From: Campylobacterota bacterium | Lineage (GTDB): Bacteria; Campylobacterota; Campylobacteria; Campylobacterales; Arcobacteraceae | Direction: 5' to 3' | Assembly (NCBI GenBank): GCA_051746405.1 | Contig: JBNJFB010000014.1 | Coordinates: forward strand, 1-47,800 | DNA length: 47,800 nucleotides | Shown: piece by piece, positions 39,127 through 47,800 of the stretch | Position numbering within the stretch: position 1 is the first letter of the stretch | Layout of the letters: every line of letters begins with the position of its first letter | Notes under the pieces: model-generated | Database searches by the model: none | Told to the model about the DNA's origin: nothing | The model's input: the letters and a program-made list of their open reading frames with translations, nothing else | Program-made: the position numbers and the translations under genes

Positions 39127-41298
39127 ATGAGAATAAAAAGCCTAAAAAATATCCTATATAGCAACTTTTTAAAGACCACTTTAATACCTCTATTTGTTAT
39201 TGAAGTATCTCTTTTGATTTTATACTTTGGAATTAGTAACTTTTTAGTTGATAATAGTAAAAATCTACTATCAAAAGAGATAAAAAACAATCTTATAAAT
39301 ATCTCAAAAAATGAAACAAAAGATATAAACTCCCAATTAAAGGAGATTTCAAGCTTAGGTTCACTTTTACAATATGAACAACAAAATGTATTTAAAAACA
39401 AAGAAGAAGTATTAAAAAAAGTAAAACAACCAGATTTCAAATTTGCTAAAAATGGTGTTTTTTACAAAATCAAAGATGATGGTGGAGCAAGTTTATTTTA
39501 TGCTTCAACAACAAATATCAATAAAGAACAAAAACAAAAAGCCATATTAACTGAAGTTTTTGATGAAAACCTAAAATACTCAGTTGATAGAAATGAACTT
39601 ATAGTAGCTTCATATTTTAATAGTTATGATGATATGAATAGGCTTTATCCTTTTATAAAAGAGGTTTATTTACAATATCCAAGTGATATTCATATGGAAA
39701 ACTATAACTTCTATTATAAAGCAGATAAAAAACACAATCCAGATAAAAAACCTGTTTGGACCAGTGCTTATTTAGACCCAGCAGGACAAGGTTGGATGGT
39801 AAGCTGTGTTGTTCCAATTTATAATAATGAGTTTTTAGAAGGTGTTACAGGACTTGATGTAACTATTGATAAGTTTATAAAAACTGTTCTAAACTTAGAC
39901 TTACCATGGAATGCAACTGCAATGCTAGTAGACCAAAACGGTATGATTCTAGCTATGCCAAAAGATATTGAAAATATTCTTAATATCAAAGAGTTAAATG
40001 ACCATACTTACAGTGATGTGATAAAAGATACAAACCTAAAGCCAGATGAGTTTAATATCTATAAGAACAAAAAGTTAAATAAATATTTTAATGAGTTTAC
40101 AAATAAAAAGCAGCAACTAATAGAAAAAAGAATAAATAATCATGACTATTTGATAACCCAATCAAATATAGAACAAACCAACTGGAAACTTTTTACTTTT
40201 GTGGATAAAGAAATGATATTTGAACCTGTAAATGAAATAGAAATAATATCAAATGAGATTGGTATGGTTGCTATTTTAGGTATGTTTATTTTTTATCTTA
40301 TATTTTTTGTTTTTCTAAATAAAAAAGTAAAAAGTATATCAAATAATATTTCAACTCCTATATCAAGACTTGCTAGTCTAACTAAAAACTTCAATGCAAA
40401 AACTAAGATTAGCAACCCAATAAATACAAATATCAAAGAGATTGATTCACTCTCAAACAACTTTTATAAAATGACAAATGAAATATATGAAAAAAGACAA
40501 AAACTAGAAGAGCTAAATATATCACTTGAAGAAAGAGTGCAAAAAGAAGTTAAGAAAAATAGAGAAAAAGACCAACTAATACTAAGACAATCAAAACTTG
40601 CTCAAATGGGTGAAATGATTAGTATGATAGCACACCAATGGCGTCAACCACTAGCTACAATAGGCTCAATAGTAGTAAATATAAAACTAAAACTTGCCCT
40701 TAAAAAATTTGATTTATCAGATGAAAACCAAAGAGAAAAGTTTGTTGAATTTCTACAAAAAGAGTTTACAAATATAGAGAAGTTTGTAGGTGTACTCTCA
40801 ACTACAATTGATGATTTTAGAGACTTTTATAAACCAACAAAAGAAGCAAAAGAAGTATCACTATCAAAAATCTGTAAAAAAGCCATATCAATACTAGAAC
40901 CAGAACTAAAAAATGATAATATCACACTAATAGAAGATTTTAAGTGCACAAAAACACACATACTATATGAAAATGAACTAATACAAGTACTACTAAATCT
41001 AATAAAAAATGCCATAGATAACTTTAAAATAACAGAAAATAGAAACAAAACTCTTGAAGTTTGTACTATAAGTGAAAATGATAGCTTAAAAATAAAAGTA
41101 AAAGATAATGCAGGTGGAATAAGCGATGAGATAAAAGATAAAATATTTGAACCTTATTTTTCAACAAAAGATGATAAAAACGGTACAGGTCTTGGTCTAT
41201 ATATGTCAAAAGTATTGATAGAACAGTACCAAGATGGACAACTATACTTTAAAAATAGAAATGATGGAGTTGAGTTTACTATTGAATTAAAAAGATAG
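39127..41298 (+). CDS. Cache-domain sensor histidine kinase
   Basis: Two TMs, PVWTSAYLDPAGQGWMVSC, HAMP-like linker, AHQWRQPL, N/G1/F/G2 boxes. Confidence 0.92.
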   Translation: MRIKSLKNILYSNFLKTTLIPLFVIEVSLLILYFGISNFLVDNSKNLLSKEIKNNLINISKNETKDINSQLKEISSLGSLLQYEQQNVFKNKEEVLKKVKQPDFKFAKNGVFYKIKDDGGASLFYASTTNINKEQKQKAILTEVFDENLKYSVDRNELIVASYFNSYDDMNRLYPFIKEVYLQYPSDIHMENYNFYYKADKKHNPDKKPVWTSAYLDPAGQGWMVSCVVPIYNNEFLEGVTGLDVTIDKFIKTVLNLDLPWNATAMLVDQNGMILAMPKDIENILNIKELNDHTYSDVIKDTNLKPDEFNIYKNKKLNKYFNEFTNKKQQLIEKRINNHDYLITQSNIEQTNWKLFTFVDKEMIFEPVNEIEIISNEIGMVAILGMFIFYLIFFVFLNKKVKSISNNISTPISRLASLTKNFNAKTKISNPINTNIKEIDSLSNNFYKMTNEIYEKRQKLEELNISLEERVQKEVKKNREKDQLILRQSKLAQMGEMISMIAHQWRQPLATIGSIVVNIKLKLALKKFDLSDENQREKFVEFLQKEFTNIEKFVGVLSTTIDDFRDFYKPTKEAKEVSLSKICKKAISILEPELKNDNITLIEDFKCTKTHILYENELIQVLLNLIKNAIDNFKITENRNKTLEVCTISENDSLKIKVKDNAGGISDEIKDKIFEPYFSTKDDKNGTGLGLYMSKVLIEQYQDGQLYFKNRNDGVEFTIELKR

Positions 41299-41381
41299 TC
41301 TACTATTAAAAGACATTTTTAATATATTAAAAAATAAAAATTATTTTAAAATTAGATCAGATTAATATTATTGGAGAAAAA

Positions 41382-43577
41382 ATGATTTCAAATTTGAGTA
41401 TTTTAAAAAAATTACTTTTTTTAATTGGGGTAAAGATGGTTATAATGGCAATCTTTGCAATGTGGCTACTATTTGTTAAATATGAAAAATACACGCAAGC
41501 TGACTACTTACAATCTCATGTAAAACTTTTAACCTTTATTTCAAAAAGTGTTCATGAAATTCAAAAAGAGAGAGGTATGAGTGCGGGATATCTAGGAAGT
41601 AATGGTGAAAATTTTTATATTTCATTAAAAAAACAAAGAGTTGAAACTTTAAAAAGTATTAAAAGTTTAAATAAAGTTCTAAATGAAAATAAATATAATA
41701 AAGATGTTTTAAATATTGTTAACACAGCAAGAGAAGACTTAAAAGAAATAAGTAAAATTAGGGATAAAATATCAAATCTTGAAATTAAAACAAAAAATGC
41801 AATTGAGTATTATACAAATATTAATACAATGTTATTAAAAAGTATAATAGAAATTTCTAAGAACTCTGACTCAAAAGTAATAACTCAAAAAATTAATGCA
41901 TATAGTAATTTTTTACTAGCTAAGGAAGCTACAGGAATACAAAGAGCAGCAGGTACAAACATTTTAGCAACTAAAAATCCAAGTAACTATATTCAAGTTA
42001 AATTTATCTCGCTTATTGCACAACAAAAAACCTTAATAAAAAATTTTTTAAACTATTCAAATGAAAAACAACAAACCTTTTATCTTTCCAAAATGAAGAA
42101 TAAAAGTATAAGTGAAACTCAAAAAATAGAAGATGAGATTTTATCTAATAATTATAATACACAACCTGAATTATGGTTTAAAACAATAACAAAAAAAATT
42201 AATATAGCAAAAGAGATTGATGATTATTTAAGTAATAATTTGCTTGAAAGTATTGCATTAAAAAAAAGTGAGGCTTTTAATCAAATGATATTTATGTTTG
42301 TTATTGGTTTAATTGGTTGGTTTTTTGTTTTTTATACGACCTATAAAGTTACTTTAGATTTAACTTCTAAAATGAAAAAATTTAGTTTATCACTTATGGA
42401 ATTTTTTGCCTTTATTAAAAAACAAAAAAAACATGTGAATTATATTGATATTAAATCAAAAGATGAGTTTGGTATTATGGCTAAAGAAATTAATGAAAAT
42501 ATTCAAAGTACCAGTGTATCACTTAAAGAAGAAGAACTTTTTCTGCAAGAGGTTACTTCAAATATTGAAAATCTCAAAAATGGATATTTCAATAATACAA
42601 TCTCAACTACAGTAAATAATCAAGCTTTAGAAGTATTAAGAAAAAAACTTAATGAAATGTTTGATACACTAAATAGACTTGTAGCAAGTGATTTAAATAT
42701 TATCAATAACGCCCTTGAAGATTATTCAAAGAAAGATTTTACAAAACTTATTAATGACGATGGAAATATTGCTAAAAGAATAAATGGGTTAAACAATATA
42801 ATTAATACTATGCTTACACAAAATAATAATAATGGTATTACACTTGAAAAAACTTCAAAAGAACTACTAAATAATGTAGATACACTTAGTAACTCTTCTA
42901 ATGAAAGTGCTACAAGTCTAGAAGAGACTGCTGCTGCTATTGAAGAAATAACTAATACGATTTCAAATAATACAGAAAAAGTTGCCACCATGCATAACAT
43001 AGCTCAAGAAGTTAATTCATCAGCAAATAGTGGTGAAAAGCTAGCAAACTCCACAAATATATCAATGGATGAAATAAATGTACAAATAAATGCAATAAAT
43101 GAAGCAATTAGTTTAATTGATCAAATTGCATTTCAAACTAATATTTTAAGTTTAAATGCTGCGGTTGAAGCAGCAACTGCAGGTGAAGCAGGTAAAGGTT
43201 TTGCAATAGTTGCAAATGAGGTTAGAAATTTAGCTAATCGTTCAGCAGATGCGGCAAAAGAAATAAAATCTTTAGTTGAAGTTGCAACTTCAAAAGCAAA
43301 TGATGGAAAAAAGAATGCAGATGAAATGATTAAAGGGTATAAACACTTAAATACTGATATTAAAAAAACCATTGAATTAATTAATGATGTAACACAATCA
43401 AGTAAAGAACAAAAATTAGGTATTGAGCAAATAAATAATGCTATTAATTTACTTGACAATCAAACTCAACAAAATGCTAAAGTTGCTTCAAAAACAAAAG
43501 TTATTGCAACTCAAACACTCAATCAAGCAAAAGATTTAGTTAAAGATGCAAATAGTATGAAGTTTAGAGATAATTAG
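41382..43577 (+). CDS. Methyl-accepting chemotaxis protein with NIT-like sensor domain
   Basis: [15 protein letters not shown] sensor motif; [37 protein letters not shown] signalling hairpin. Confidence 0.92.
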   Translation: MISNLSILKKLLFLIGVKMVIMAIFAMWLLFVKYEKYTQADYLQSHVKLLTFISKSVHEIQKERGMSAGYLGSNGENFYISLKKQRVETLKSIKSLNKVLNENKYNKDVLNIVNTAREDLKEISKIRDKISNLEIKTKNAIEYYTNINTMLLKSIIEISKNSDSKVITQKINAYSNFLLAKEATGIQRAAGTNILATKNPSNYIQVKFISLIAQQKTLIKNFLNYSNEKQQTFYLSKMKNKSISETQKIEDEILSNNYNTQPELWFKTITKKINIAKEIDDYLSNNLLESIALKKSEAFNQMIFMFVIGLIGWFFVFYTTYKVTLDLTSKMKKFSLSLMEFFAFIKKQKKHVNYIDIKSKDEFGIMAKEINENIQSTSVSLKEEELFLQEVTSNIENLKNGYFNNTISTTVNNQALEVLRKKLNEMFDTLNRLVASDLNIINNALEDYSKKDFTKLINDDGNIAKRINGLNNIINTMLTQNNNNGITLEKTSKELLNNVDTLSNSSNESATSLEETAAAIEEITNTISNNTEKVATMHNIAQEVNSSANSGEKLANSTNISMDEINVQINAINEAISLIDQIAFQTNILSLNAAVEAATAGEAGKGFAIVANEVRNLANRSADAAKEIKSLVEVATSKANDGKKNADEMIKGYKHLNTDIKKTIELINDVTQSSKEQKLGIEQINNAINLLDNQTQQNAKVASKTKVIATQTLNQAKDLVKDANSMKFRDN

Positions 43578-43712
43578 GAGACCATCAAAAATATCATATA
43601 ATAACTCAAAAGTTCATTGACATACTCCCCATAGCTGAAGTTATCTAAACTACAAAATAAAAAGAACTATAGCTACTAGGGATATGACTTTATATACATA
43701 TTTATAACGTAT

Positions 43713-43835
43713 CATAAAGTTTACCTTTTAAATTCAGGTATTGAAGCTTCTTTAGTAGGAAAAAATAAGCATTTAGGGAACCTAGTTGAAACTTTTGTAT
43801 ATAGTGAATTAATCAAACTAACACAAAAGTTTTAA
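43713..43835 (+). pseudogene. Fragment resembling the DUF4143 domain of AAA+ ATPases
   Basis: Start-less frame HKVYLLNSGIEASLVGKNKHLGNLVETFVYSELIKL resembles K.Y..D.G...G.L.E.FV..EL.K. Confidence 0.55.
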
Positions 43836-43851
43836 TTTAATATAAAGACTA

Positions 43852-45063
43852 TTATGTCTTACTCTCAAGTTGTTCTTCCCTATGCTCAATTACATCCCTT
43901 AAATCTTTAATAATCTTACTTTGTTCTAAAACTTGGTTATTAAGCTTTTTATACTCTGTTTCCCTTTGCTGTAACTCTGCATTGAGAGATTTAATCTTTT
44001 TCATACTCATTTCATTGATTCGTCTTTGGTCTTTTAAATCATTATAAAACTTACCTGACTCTTCTTTGAGTGCTTTTCTTGATTTATAGTACTCATCGTC
44101 TAATTTTTTTATTCTATCTTCATAATAGTTTACTTGTGATTTTAGTTTTATATTTTTATCTCTTAATGGCTCTAAATGCTTTAATTTTCTTACTTGTGAT
44201 TGTAGCTCATCAATTTTTACTCTGGCAATCATATTTTGACGCTTATTATCTACAATTGTTTTCATAACTTTTTGTTTAAATTTTCTTTTTTCTATTTCAT
44301 CATCAGTTATCAAAAACCTCACACTCATATACTCATAGATTTGACCTGTATCATCAAGAATAGGATAAACAGTAGTATTTACAAAGTAAGAGCTTCCATC
44401 TTTTGCTAAGTTTTTAACTTTCCCTCTCCAGATATTATTGCTTTTAATAGTAGCCCATAAATCTTCAAATGCGGCACTTGGCATATCTGGGTGTCTTACG
44501 ATGCTATGTGATTTACCAATAAGTTCCTCTTTTGTATAACCTGATATTTCACAAAAAACATCATTCACATATTTAATCTTACCTTTTAAATCTGTTTTTG
44601 AGACAATTGTTATTTGATTTAAAATATTTATATACTCTTGATTCTCTTTTTCTTTATTTTCAATAATTATTTGCTGATGTTTTATCTCTCCTATCTCATT
44701 AACACGCTCAACAAGCTCACGCATATTTATAGGTTTTGCAAGATAATTTAATGCACTATGTTTAATAGCTTTCATAAGATAATCAGGTTCAACATGGGAG
44801 GATATTATAATAAAATCAAGGTTTTTATCAAACTTTCTAATCTCTTCAATTAAAGATAATCCATCAAGTTTAGGCATAGTAATATCACTTATAACAACAT
44901 CAATTGTGTTTGTCTTAATTAACTCTAAGCCCTCTAAGCCATCTTTTGCTATCAATACATCTGCAGATAGTTTTAAAAATAGATTTGAAAGTTTTTCTCG
45001 TATATTTTCATCATCATCGATTATTAATATAGTTAATTTTTTAACATGAATAGTATTCATCAA
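43852..45063 (-). CDS. Response regulator REC + PAS + C-terminal coiled coil
   Basis: IIDDD..SDITMP..KP; PAS SKTDLKG..YVNDVFCEISGY..HSIVRHPDMP..LW.TI..WRG.VKN.AKDG. Confidence 0.9.
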   Translation of the reverse strand: MMNTIHVKKLTILIIDDDENIREKLSNLFLKLSADVLIAKDGLEGLELIKTNTIDVVISDITMPKLDGLSLIEEIRKFDKNLDFIIISSHVEPDYLMKAIKHSALNYLAKPINMRELVERVNEIGEIKHQQIIIENKEKENQEYINILNQITIVSKTDLKGKIKYVNDVFCEISGYTKEELIGKSHSIVRHPDMPSAAFEDLWATIKSNNIWRGKVKNLAKDGSSYFVNTTVYPILDDTGQIYEYMSVRFLITDDEIEKRKFKQKVMKTIVDNKRQNMIARVKIDELQSQVRKLKHLEPLRDKNIKLKSQVNYYEDRIKKLDDEYYKSRKALKEESGKFYNDLKDQRRINEMSMKKIKSLNAELQQRETEYKKLNNQVLEQSKIIKDLRDVIEHREEQLESKT

Positions 45064-45186
45064 ACTATTTTCTCCATTTTAAATGAGTATTCATTTAATT
45101 ATTTAGTTGTATTATATCATTAATAAAGAAAAGTTACAATACAATAGCAAATTATTTATATTTATATTATTACTTGGAAACTTAAA

Positions 45187-46278
45187 ATGAAGCTATTAGT
45201 AGAAGAGACTCAAAAATTATTAAACAATATTGATAAAAATACTCTTAGAAATTTTAATAAAAATATTTCTATAATAGAAATAAGTTTATCTAACAAAACT
45301 GCAACTTTATTTGATAAAAATATCATCACCACAAACCTATCAAAAAGCTACATAGATTCATTAGTGCTAAACCATCTTCATTTTGTAAAAAAAGTTTTTT
45401 ATCTTAAAAATTCAAAACTTTTTATAGAGCAATTGTTTTGGGAAATAAGTACTTATAATAAGATGGGAATACCATATAAGTTTTTTAAATATCTTTTAAA
45501 ACACTTTCTTGATTCTATTTGTAAGCTAGAACAAAACAACTACTCTTCTATTATAGAACTCTATAAATATCTTTTATCAAATTATGATTATATAATAAAA
45601 GAATCAAAGAGTTTTAGAGTTGATGAAAAAGTTGCAGTTCAAAAAGATATTTATGAAGAGTTTCTTAATGCTTTACTAAAACCATCACTAAATGATGCAA
45701 TTAAAATATCCGATGAATTTATTAAAGATACTGATGATTTAAAACTATTTTGGGAAGATATTTTACTATGTGCTTTATATACAATAGGCTCAAAATGGGC
45801 AAATGGAGAGATATCAGTAGGTCAAGAACATACAGCAACTTCAATTTGCCAAAGAGTGATATCTATTCACTATGAAAAAATACTAGAAAATAGTGATTTG
45901 CCAAATGAAAAAGTTGCTATTATTGTATCCCCTTTTGAACTACATGAGATAGGAGCTAGAATGATAAGTGACCTTTTAGAGTTTCACAACTATGAAACAT
46001 ATTTTTTTGGTTCAAAATCTACACTAAAAGAGATAGTAGAAGTTATAAAAGATGAGGATATAAAAAATATATTGATATCTACGACACTGGTTTCAAACCT
46101 TGATGCTACAAAAGAGATGATTGCTAATATAAAAAATGAGTTAGATAATATAAGCATATATGTTGGTGGACAAGCTTATAATTGTGGTGTTGATATTGTA
46201 AATGATATGAAAGCAGATAAATATATAGATAGCTTTGATGTTTTATTAAATATTTTAAGAGAAGAAAACCATGATTGA
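45187..46278 (+). CDS. Cobalamin-binding protein (four-helix cap + Rossmann B12 domain) with uncharacterised N-terminal helical domain
   Basis: IGSKWANGEISVGQEH (W-x9-EH), ELHEIG (ExHxxG), IS.T, IYVGG. Confidence 0.85.
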   Translation: MKLLVEETQKLLNNIDKNTLRNFNKNISIIEISLSNKTATLFDKNIITTNLSKSYIDSLVLNHLHFVKKVFYLKNSKLFIEQLFWEISTYNKMGIPYKFFKYLLKHFLDSICKLEQNNYSSIIELYKYLLSNYDYIIKESKSFRVDEKVAVQKDIYEEFLNALLKPSLNDAIKISDEFIKDTDDLKLFWEDILLCALYTIGSKWANGEISVGQEHTATSICQRVISIHYEKILENSDLPNEKVAIIVSPFELHEIGARMISDLLEFHNYETYFFGSKSTLKEIVEVIKDEDIKNILISTTLVSNLDATKEMIANIKNELDNISIYVGGQAYNCGVDIVNDMKADKYIDSFDVLLNILREENHD

Positions 46279-47488
46279 TTACAAAGTATTAAATGAAAAC
46301 ATTATAGAGAAACTATTTGAGAGTATGGATAAGTTTATATTTATTATTGATAAAAGTAGTAAAATATTAGATTATAATAAAAATTTTAGTGAATATTTTA
46401 ATACTTTTAAATATTTAGAAGAGTTAATAACTTATACCCATAGAAATGAGTTTATTGAGAATATAAAAAAACTTAATACAGAAAACTCTACTATAAAGTT
46501 TGTGTCAAATTTTAGTTTCGATAAAAGCAATGTGGAAGACATTCCTAGTACATTTGAAATAGTTTTTTATTTAAATAAAGATGAAACAATTACTGTAGTA
46601 GCAGAAGCTAAGCACCCTTTATCACAAGATGATGCAAAAATATATTTATCAATGATTAATGATTTTTCTGAGACATCAAGAAAACTAACAAAAACTAAAT
46701 TAAAACTAAAAAAACTAAACAATAACCTTCAAGAAGAGATCAACAATGCAGTAGATGAACTAAGACAAAAAGATAAAATACTTTTAAAACAAGCAAAAGA
46801 TGCTGCAATGGGTGAGATGATTGACTCTGTTGCACATCAATGGAAAAGCCCACTAGGAGTGATTAAGCTACTTTCAGAAGCTATTAGAATGGAGTATGAG
46901 TTTTTTGATGAACCTGATTCTTCACAAATTATTAAGGATACTCTAAAAATAGATAATCAAGTAAAACATATGATTGAAACACTTGAAGAGTTTAGAGGTT
47001 TTTTCAGACCAAATGCCAATACTAAAAAAGTTAGCCTACTGTCTTTAATAGAGTCTGTGAACCATTTAATGAAAGATGAGTTGATTAAAAACTGTATAAA
47101 TATAGAGATAAAAAGTAATAAAGACTTAGAAGTAGAAATAGTACCAAATCAATTTAAACATGTATTAATTAATCTAATTAGTAATAGTAAAGATGCTTTT
47201 AATGAAAACTCCATAAAAAATAGAGTAATAAGCTATAAAATAGAACAAAAAGATAAAACCGCAATACTTAAAGTATTTGATAATGCAGGTGGTATTGAAG
47301 AGAATATAATCAATAATATTTTTGAAGCGAACTTTACAACAAAAAGCAAAACAAAAGGAACTGGCATAGGTTTATATATGACAAAGATGATAGTAAACAA
47401 AGCAAAAGGAGATATAAAAGCACTAAACTGTAAAAACGGAAGTTGTTTTGAAATCTCTTTACCTTTAAATCATACAAAAACTATATAA
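46271..47488 (+). CDS. Cytoplasmic sensor histidine kinase
   Basis: No TM; PAS-like N-terminus; AHQWKSPL, NLISNSKDA, DNAGGI, GTGIGL; overlaps the B12 gene by 8 nt. Confidence 0.9.
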   Translation: MIDYKVLNENIIEKLFESMDKFIFIIDKSSKILDYNKNFSEYFNTFKYLEELITYTHRNEFIENIKKLNTENSTIKFVSNFSFDKSNVEDIPSTFEIVFYLNKDETITVVAEAKHPLSQDDAKIYLSMINDFSETSRKLTKTKLKLKKLNNNLQEEINNAVDELRQKDKILLKQAKDAAMGEMIDSVAHQWKSPLGVIKLLSEAIRMEYEFFDEPDSSQIIKDTLKIDNQVKHMIETLEEFRGFFRPNANTKKVSLLSLIESVNHLMKDELIKNCINIEIKSNKDLEVEIVPNQFKHVLINLISNSKDAFNENSIKNRVISYKIEQKDKTAILKVFDNAGGIEENIINNIFEANFTTKSKTKGTGIGLYMTKMIVNKAKGDIKALNCKNGSCFEISLPLNHTKTI

Positions 47489-47633
47489 TTATTAAATTAA
47501 CAAATAATAGTTCAGAAACTTTAAAACACTATAATATCAATATTCTATAGTCTTATATTTTTACACTTTCTAAAATGATACTTTTATAGTACTTTTTCTA
47601 ACTACAATTAGTCATATATAGAAAGGCTAAAAA

Positions 47634-47800
47634 ATGAAAACAATTAACCTAATACTTGTTTTAATATTTACAATGTTTTTAACTGCTTGCAGTAACAACA
47701 AAGCTAAAACCACAAAGGAAGATTGTCTTAAACAAGGTAAAAACTATAAAATAGAAAAAAAGCTAAATCTTAGAACAGGAAAATATACAGATACGATTAC
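47634..47800 (+). CDS. Small lipoprotein, truncated by the window end
   Basis: MKTINLILVLIFTMFLTACSNNK..., lipobox LTAC; GAAAGG RBS. Confidence 0.75.
   Translation, partial: MKTINLILVLIFTMFLTACSNNKAKTTKEDCLKQGKNYKIEKKLNLRTGKYTDTI

Noticed and set aside
1671..44267. Numerous short ORFs antisense to housekeeping and signalling genes in the ORF track
   Set aside because: They are nested opposite well-supported genes and show no recognisable motifs.

Overview
AT-rich chromosomal window whose gene content and protein style point to Arcobacteraceae/Campylobacterota (inference). From left to right: a probable rRNA-operon promoter running off the left edge, three identical tRNA-Asn genes, and housekeeping genes (radical SAM, hemE, asd, gyrA, argJ, K+ channel, rpmB). 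Next is an LPS/LOS cluster (ADP-heptose genes, GDP-fucose genes manC-gmd-fcl, a GT10 fucosyltransferase, waaL, glycosyltransferases, htrB), then ppx, a ferredoxin, gltBD and a TRAP transporter. The right end holds an AbiL-like AAA-ATPase/RloB pair and a signalling block (REC-EAL, Cache kinase, NIT chemoreceptor, REC-PAS, B12-binding protein plus kinase). The most unusual signal is a set of ten blocks of about four tandem 7-mers (TGYTAAG/CTTARCA type) that I found only at 14.7-18.0 kb. Nine sit in-frame inside fcl, gmd and manC, and eight form inverted pairs. In every coding copy the unit that would give a stop codon is substituted. The tenth block marks a junction with a relic second fcl 3' end, a truncated second hldD and a broken toxin-antitoxin module.
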